Positions 55,851 through 64,000 of a stretch of DNA of 64,000 bases are shown piece by piece. A program made the translations under genes and the position numbers. The notes below the pieces were generated by a model. The model was given only the letters and a program-made list of their open reading frames with translations, did not search any database and had not been told where the DNA came from. Position 1 is the stretch's first letter. Each line of letters starts with the position of its first letter. Location of the stretch: positions 98,952,001 to 99,016,000 of the forward strand of contig NC_043006.1 of the NCBI RefSeq assembly GCF_006345805.1, written 5' to 3'. This DNA comes from Octopus sinensis (lineage: Eukaryota).

Positions 55851-56370
55851 AATGAAAAGGACGAAGATTATGATAATCATGATGATATTGATGTAGACTA
55901 CTTCCAGAAAAAAGTTATGAAAAATAGAAAGAAATACTAAATTCCGTTAAAGAAACATTGAAAACTTTAAAGTAGAAGTAGCATTCTGGAGAAAATATCG
56001 ATATACATATTTCGAATTCGATACATCAGGTGTATCGGAACACAAGTTATGGCCGTGCGTAAATGAAATTCAAAAACAAATATTATATATATACGGAATG
56101 AAGGCGAATTAAAACGATCCTGGAAAATGATACAATAAATAACAGAAATAACAGATAATTTGCTTTTACTACACATTTTCTATAACTTAATGTTTTGTTT
56201 GGCACAGAATTTTTACTATGTGAGGGTAAACAATTATCGTAATATTTATGTCTAACATACAAATCGAACAAAAATTAAAAGATGTTCTTCTGGTTCGGAT
56301 AAAATACAAAACTATTGAAACTAATAGCCTCAGTAAGAAATATACGATAAAAGACAAACAATTAAAATAT

Positions 56371-56820
56371 AACGTAAAGTATACTAGCCATCTCAATATG
56401 GCTAACCACTAAGGGTGGGTGTTACTGTAGCTTTTAGCCCCAGGAGATCATTGTCTCCAGCTGGCTTTAGGCACACTTTCTGTGCTCTTATGGTATTTGC
56501 AAAGGGAGGTCATCCCTCTCTCGTAAACCTAAGTGATACGCACGGACTGCAGTTTCGAGGTATTTGCCTCTTGTCAACGTACGGCAATCACCGGTTTTCG
56601 ATGAGGGAACCTGTTTGCAAACATCTATATAATGTTTTTCCCAGTAACTGCTGTCACTGATTTCGAAAACCTGTCTGCAAGCAATAATAAATCTCTGAAT
56701 GAAAATGAAGACGGTACAATAATAAAACAGGTGAAAGAGGGATCTATAGGCGACGGAAAATACACAAAGAGTTTTTGGTCAATGACAAAGAGTTTTTGGT
56801 CAATGGAAAGATCATTGTTA
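56371..56820 (-). mobile_element. PLE pLTR-like element, copy 2 of the 38151 family
   Basis: About 330 bp of clear homology to 38151-38480, then an extension containing a 21-bp tandem duplication (acaaagagtttttggtcaatg x2). Confidence 0.7.
56538..56584 (-). ncRNA. Type I HHR with U3-A8 core variant
   Basis: Minus strand: cCGTACG-TTGACAA-GAGGcaaataCCTC-GAAA-CTGCAG-TC-CGTGCGt. Confidence 0.75.
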
Positions 56821-57839
56821 AGTTATACTATGTTGCAAGTTAATGCTATATGTTAGTGAATGGAGTATTTACAATGCAAAACTATTATGGGTACAAAATT
56901 CTCACTAGGAAGGACTGAAAATTGTAAAAAAAATAGTCTAGGACGTACTTAAAAACCGCAAAGCAATTTTCCTGGCGTGCTAACGATTCTGCTAGCTCCC
57001 CGCCTTAATATTGATTTCATAACCTAATTAATAAGGGATATTGTTGCATGCAAAATAAATGAAGAATAAAGAACTGGATGGTCAATCTGTATACTATCAT
57101 TCCTGGTCATCATAAATAATGTTTATCAAGAAGTTAAATATAAAAAAAAAACTAAAGTGATTCAGCGATACAGCTAAATTCTAACATAACAGTTGTATTC
57201 AAATATCGAACTCAGATTTGCAAACATAAAGACCGGATATCTCTCGACAAAATTGGATTAATATTAACTGTTGCAAGGTACCTTACTCTAGTGTGAATAC
57301 TTATGGCATTTGTGATACGTTATGAAATATACTCTAAGTAAATGACAGCGTTGCCAGAAATAATACAATGGATTATGCTTTGCGTGGAAATGAATGCTAC
57401 TACAAGGGAAGATCATAAAATACGGCATACTAATTATGGCGCCTGTGGTTTTTAACTGCCGAAAAAGGATTTGTATTTTACCAGCTTTTTGTTCACCCAG
57501 TCACAAAGCTTTGCTAGATTCCATTTTCATTTAATGAAATTGGTATACTCAAAATAGAAATAGTAATATTCAATGAAAATTGTTGTCACCGCAAAATCAT
57601 GCTATAAGTAATGGTGAACTTCTTCATCTCGAACTTAAGCCTACATTTCGATTGTGTATCAAATGGAAAATTAAATTCATTATTTGGTAATATGCAGGCT
57701 TTCAATTAGGTTGAAGAATTTTTTCTTTCACAAACATTCCGTACTAATTACAAAGAGAACTTTGAGAGCGTTAAGAGTCAATCACATTAATAGATAATTA
57801 GATGACATGAGCAGGATATGAAAACAGAATCTAAAAATT

Positions 57840-58690
57840 CAGAATTATATTTACATTATTTATATTTGACAGATATTTGTCCTCATCTTGTTTGTTGTTA
57901 ATACAATTTTTCAGTTGATATACCCCCCAGCCTTCAAAAGGTGTCTTGGAGAAATTTCGAACATAGGTTCTCATTCCTAAGCCATATTCTCTTCTATGGT
58001 GGTTTTACTTGAAGGAGGTATTTGCAAAGTGTTGTATTACACTTGAATACTGTCCTGATGTCATATGGACCGCATATCTTTTGTATCTTTTCGGAGTGGA
58101 TTTTCACATAGGGTAGACAGACTGTGGTCAGTTTATTGGGGTCGTCCCCCCTTTTCTTCAAGACTGGAGTGGGTAGTATGTTTTGGGAGTAGTTGCTGCT
58201 TAATAGATTGTTACTGAGCTTGATTATTTCTTCCTGTTGGGCATCACAATCGCTACTTATATCCTTTGCTCTATGTTTTAGGTACTGAACAATCCCTGTC
58301 TTTACACTGTAAGGATGGTGGCAATTAAGGTTGAGGTATCCTCTAATGAAGGTCGCTTTGCGGTATACGGATATCTGAAGCGTGTTATTGATATGTCCAG
58401 GAATGGTAGCTTATAAACTTTTTTCCATTGTGAATTGTATGGATGGCTTTAGTGAGTTCACATGATCTAACAGCACTTGGGGATCTTCCTGGTGGGGCCA
58501 GAGTATAAAGGTATCATCAAGAAATCACAGCCATAGTGTTGGTTTTAGTGGTGTTGATCCTAGAGCCAAATTCTCAAAGTATTCCATGAATATATTGGCT
58601 ATTATCGGTGATAATGGCGAACCCGTAGCTACACCCACTTCTTGTAAAAATGGTAAAAATGGAGACGACTTCTCCCTGTGAGATAAAGTT
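57840..58690 (-). mobile_element. Degraded Penelope-like element (RT 3' part + pLTR)
   Basis: Minus translation gives VATGSPLSPIIANIFMEYFE, LDDTFILWPH, IQFTMEK, LPFLDI, VYRKAT..YLN..CHHP, with stops and frameshifts. The pLTR at ~57840-58020 is homologous to 45085-45255 and 59625-59805. Confidence 0.85.
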
Positions 58691-58919
58691 AAAATAATAG
58701 AGAACACTACTACAAAATACGAAAACTAAAAGAAACAGCACATATGCTAGGACACAACAACCTCCTAAGCAGACCGAGTTCAGATATGAATAGAATATGG
58801 GAATCGGTATTAAGGGCGGACAGGAGAATATTAGATTTATAAGCCATAAAATTCACTCGATAATTGACACGGGCGTAGTGGTTAATGGCGCCGACTACTA
58901 ACCCCAAGATTCTGCATAA

Positions 58920-58927
58920 CAATGATG

Positions 58928-59019
<92 letters not shown>

Positions 59020-59084
59020 GGTGGTGGTGGTGGGGGTGGTGGTGGTGGTGGTGATGGTGGTGGTGGTGATGATGGTGGTGATGG

Positions 59085-59131
<47 letters not shown>

Positions 59132-59169
59132 GTGATGATGATGGTGATGGTGATGGATGATGATGATGG

Positions 59170-59216
<47 letters not shown>

Positions 59217-59389
59217 GTGGTGGTGATGATGATGATGGTGGTGGTGGTGGTGGTGGTGGTGGTGGTGTGTTGGTGGTGGTGGTGGTGGTGGTTGGTGGTG
59301 GTGGTGGTGGTGTGTGGTGGTGGTGGTGTGTGGTGGTGGTGGTGGTGGCGGTGGTGGCGGTGGTGGTGGTGTGGTGATGGTGGTGATGG

Positions 59390-59433
<44 letters not shown>

Positions 59434-59503
59434 GTGGTGATGATGATGATGGTGGTGGTGGTGGTGGTGGTGGTGGTGGTGTTGGTGGTGATGGTGGTGA
59501 TGG

Positions 59504-59561
<58 letters not shown>

Positions 59562-59582
59562 ATAATAATAATAATAATATAA

Positions 59583-59620
<38 letters not shown>
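58920..59620. repeat. (AAT)n-(GAT/GGT)n-(AAT)n compound triplet repeat, ~700 bp
   Basis: Direct inspection. Confidence 0.97.
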
Positions 59621-59624
59621 GTAT

Positions 59625-59805
59625 CGAAAAATACCTTAGGAATGAGAACCCAAGTTCGAAATTTCTCCAAGACACATGACGAAGGCTGGAGCGTATATCA
59701 GCCGAAACTTTGCGTTAACAACTAACAAGATGAGGACAAATATCTGTCAAATGTAAATAATGTAAATAATGTGCATAATTCCTCATCTCTTAAATACTGA
59801 ACTGA
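59625..59805 (+). repeat. PLE pLTR (inverted relative to the 57840 element) with decayed minimal HHR
   Basis: aataccttaggaatgagaacc...GACAC-ATGACGA-aGGCTG..CAGCC-GAAA-CTTT-GCGTT. The core is mutated; the repeat is preceded by (AAT)n. Confidence 0.75.
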
Positions 59806-60654
59806 ATTCAAAACAAATATCTAAAAGCATTTTAACCGACGATCTATTGATTCTACTTGAATAACAGCATCAATAATGCAGCCGATAGGGAAGATGATTG
59901 CGATAGTTATATATTTACGTATTTTAATAGATATTTACGTATAGTTTGAGATAATGCAGTTAGTGTTACATTCCAACATTGATAAGCAGATGGAGCCTGA
60001 TAGTCGACTGTTTATATCTTATAATAGATAGCTTTGTGAATGTTCGATTTTTCTATTTGTAACAATCATGTCAATTTTGAATTCCTTAATAAATCACTTT
60101 GGCTGCTGTTTATTTAGTTTCTTTTAGGAAAAAGATAAACATGTTAAACTATTAGAACTAATCTGATAGTTAACTCCGAAGTTACGTACTGAACATCTTT
60201 AATCTAATCAATAAACTTGATTCTATCACCGATCGTTTCATAATCTAATTAATAACACCAATTATTGTAACATAAAAGTTATCATATAATCAATGGATAT
60301 TAATTTTAGTACAAAACGTATGATAATTTAATCAACAAGCCATAATGATTTTTGCATTTGTTTACGGTTTTTTTTAATTGTCTATCGTTATAATGAAAAA
60401 AAAAAAGAATGAATATTAAAATTACGAAACCTAATTAACTGAAAATATTGACTTTTTAAATTCTTTTTGGGGTTTTATTTTAATTACATTTATCTGTGAA
60501 GTTCATTTTTCATTACTGAAAAAAAAAATAGTTCGTGTGGTACACATGACTATCAAAAAATTGAAAAATGAGCTTTTAACTTACGGTCTCGGAGGACATT
60601 TGACAGATTCTTCTTCATTGTATTAACCCTACACAACTTACAATCACTAAACTT

Positions 60655-60664
60655 ACAACACATT

Positions 60665-60714
<50 letters not shown>

Positions 60715-60977
60715 TTACTATTACTACTACTACTACTACTATTACTACTACTACTACCACTTCAACTACTACTACTGCTGCTACTACTACTACTACTACT
60801 ACCACCACTGTTACTACTACTACTACTACTACTGCCCTTTCTTTCACCTATTCATTTTATCTTGTTTACCGCACTTGTAGCCATTGTCCTTCCTACCCTT
60901 TCTCCACTGACTTTTTCGGTTTTCCTCATCAGCATCATAATCATCATTATAATCACCATCATCACCAACACCACCAC

Positions 60978-61014
<37 letters not shown>

Positions 61015-61182
61015 GCTTTCTTTTTCTTTTTTCTTAATTATTATTATTATTATTTTTATTATTATTATTATCATTATTACTATTATTATTATTATTGTTA
61101 TTATTATTGTTATTATTATTATCATTACCATTATTATTATTATTATTATCTTTACCATTATTATTATTAGAAGTAGTAGTAA

Positions 61183-61222
<40 letters not shown>

Positions 61223-61225
61223 CTT
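60655..61225. repeat. (ACT)n, (CAT)n, (ATT)n and (AGT)n triplet tracts
   Basis: Direct inspection. Confidence 0.95.
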
Positions 61226-62520
61226 ATCAGAAATAGTAATGATTGTTCTTTTCGTTATGATGTAGCTCCATCAATGTACTCGCTAGCAAACCCAATAAAC
61301 ATTGTAAATTATTAAACGAAGCAAAGAAATGATAAAAAAACCCTGAATATTTTGAATGTACGCTTTCCTTTAATGTGTTAATTTTGTGAAACAAAATATT
61401 TGAAGAATATGAAAAACTACATAGCGTAATGCAATGTAATCAACTGTTTTATAATCAAATGGTATGTAATCTAATGAGAACGAAGATGAATGGATGCATC
61501 TATCTTATGTGTGTGTATGTATATACATGTGTGTATATGTGTGCGTGTCAGTTTTTTGTGTTTGTGCGCATCCTTCTGTGTGCGAGTATCCCTGTGTATG
61601 CGTGACGATGTATTTCGATAACACGTACACTTGCTCTCTAATAAGAGCTTTCCGATCAAAACAAGATTATGTGAAAATGAAAACCCTTTAGAATCATTAA
61701 GAGAAGATTGTTTCCTGGAGTCATGCTGGTAAATATCATTGCATTATCGGTATTGCGTATGTGTAACAGGCTTTACCTCTATTCATGAGATGGCGTGATA
61801 TCGTTCCGACGCAGAGCAACATTCTGGCTGAGAGACGGAAAAATACATTACATCTTTCGTTCCGATGATTTAATATTTCAATTATAGTTATATCGTAATC
61901 AACACTGTCCGTCTTTGATTCGAGGTGGTTAAATAAAAGTTAAATAAATTAAAAAGAAAATAGAAACTCTGGCTGTTGTTACCAAATATTCTCTCAGCTC
62001 TCAAAATAGCTGGTCTCGTGCCTCAATAGGAAACCATTTTCTAATTCCATGTGAAACCGTATCATTCATAAACCATTTTCGTTCTTATAGGTTATGAATT
62101 TCAGGGACTTTTTGACTGTAGATCAAAGAAATTGAATCTGTCGGTAGATATTCTGTCGTAATTGTGTGGTATGCACGTTTAAATAGAGCGTGCTCTACTA
62201 TGGGGCTACCAAACATATGGTCATTTTACAAAAAATTACAATAGACATTATGCCTATATTATTAACACACGCACTGGTTCAATTTCACTCTATTATTGTT
62301 AGTCATTTGGATAAATATCCTACTAACAAATTGATCGTCATGTGTCTAATAGCAAAGGAGTGGAATTCAAACAGTGCATGTTCAGAATATTGGCATGATG
62401 ACTATCTCTAGACACAACAATCTTTACTTCAACATATATGACTATAAAAATATGATTATTCGTTTATTTTTTATTAAAAATCTCAAAATATTATATATGA
62501 GTATATATATATATATATAT

Positions 62521-62861
62521 ATATATATTCTAGCAAAAACTGTCCGATGAACGGCAACGGGAAACTCAGAGTAACAGGTTTTGTTGAATTTTCTGGTGCT
62601 TTAAATAAAGCATATTACTCTACCACTGGTATTTGAGTACTCTTTTTTTCACCTTGTTTCACACTTATGTGTTTACTCGGTATATATATATATATTATAT
62701 ATATATATTCTAGCAAAAACTGTCCGATGAACGGCAACGGGAAACTCAGAGTAACAGGTTTTGTTGAATTTTCTGGTGCTTTAAATAAAGCATATTACTC
62801 TACCACTGGTATTTGAGTACTCTTTTTTTCACCTTGTTTCACACTTATGTGTTTACTCCGG

Positions 62862-62880
<19 letters not shown>
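62521..62880 (+). repeat. Two tandem 180-bp units, each with a minimal HHR-like motif and TA spacer (retrozyme/pLTR-like)
   Basis: Lines starting at 62521 and 62701 are identical for ~155 nt; the period is 180. Confidence 0.92.
62536..62582 (+). ncRNA. Minimal type I HHR variant (U4C); second copy at 62716-62762
   Basis: aaaaCTGT-CCGATGA-aCGgcaaCGg-GAAA-CTCaGAG-TA-ACAGgtttt. Stem I, a GNRA-capped stem II, near-palindromic stem III and a GUA site are present, but the core reads CCGATGA instead of CTGATGA. Confidence 0.65.
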
Positions 62881-62920
<40 letters not shown>

Positions 62921-64000
62921 GTATTTTTTTGTGTACCTGTATTTATGTATTGTCTGTCAGTTCACCTCTATCTACATGAGCAAAGTGTGTCTGTGCTTGT
63001 GTAAAGAGAGGGAAACTGACAGACGTATAAATACAGATACACAGAAAAATACATAGTAAAAGTGAAGGAAAAGTATGGGCTAATGCCTTTATATATTTAG
63101 ATAAATTACATACATCGCTGCGATTTGGCATTATGAATGCTTCACACTATTTGTACCGCAATTGGTTTCTCATTTCAAATCTCACCATAGTATATTCGGC
63201 TGTTAGACATATTACGTCATCCGGTTTACGACCGTTATGTGGCATCTTTTGCACCGTTAGCGTATTCAGTTCTGTTTCAATCATCCGAATCAAGTCTCAC
63301 GTCTTAGGATAGCTTCTTCCACCCTCTAATGTCACGGAAGCCTTCCAGTTGGTAATGAGCATTGTCTTCGATTCTGGTGAAAAGATATTTCTAACCACAT
63401 CCTGCTACAGATATTACAACCTGGGTTCGTTCTCTCAGCCTTCATGTATTCCACCTTATATAAATTTTGGTATATCAATGAAACAACTAATAATTATATA
63501 GGAAATAACTACAGAAATAGCATTTTTCTAATATAATACCTTATTCTATTAAAGCTAACAATGTTATAATTAAAGAATATAATTATATATTTCATCTAAT
63601 TAATATTATAATTGAACGTATAACACAAATATGAGGTTTACCGTAAAAATTCTTCCCGAATCAGATAAAAATCCAATTTACCGTCGATAATTTCCTGTAA
63701 TCCGATACTCTTTTAAATCTATGCACACCTAAATAATTTTCAGTGGTGAAGCCATAATTATTCTCCAGAATTCTAATTTCCTAAACGATAGAGCATTTCA
63801 CTCGAAGGTTTCATTTGTCTAAATTTTACTCCTACTTATACCATGTTCTATCTCATAACTTTTATTTAGTAATTTCATTGATAAATGAAACTTTATATTA
63901 CTTGAGGTATACTTTTGTTATGGCAATATGTGTGAGTTTTTTCGTTCAATATACGATGCAATCGGCATTATCGTATAGATATCTAAGTATGTATGTGTTT

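Overview
AT-rich eukaryotic genomic DNA dense in microsatellites. The SINE families and (TA)n/(AAT)n load suggest a cephalopod (Octopus-like) genome, which is inference only. No host protein-coding gene could be identified with confidence, and most ORFs in the track are microsatellite artefacts. The window is mainly transposon material. It holds one near-intact, young Penelope-like retroelement (PLE; RT + GIY-YIG, one frameshift, inverted plus direct pseudo-LTRs, 15764-22133) and a second degraded PLE. It also holds Tx1/L1-like, R4/Dong-like (RLE) and CR1-like LINE remnants, Tc1, mariner and DD37D-like transposase remnants, a probable non-autonomous Helitron, and three tRNA-derived SINE families. 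The most notable signal, read by eye, is at least six unrelated sequence families carrying type I hammerhead-ribozyme (HHR) folds, most of them flanked by (TA)n or (AAT)n tracts. They include three HHRs in the intact PLE, a 221-bp near-perfect palindrome with an HHR in each arm, a 180-bp tandem retrozyme-like unit, and a U3-A8 core variant with compensatory stem changes between two copies. Coordinates were counted by hand and TE fragment edges are approximate.
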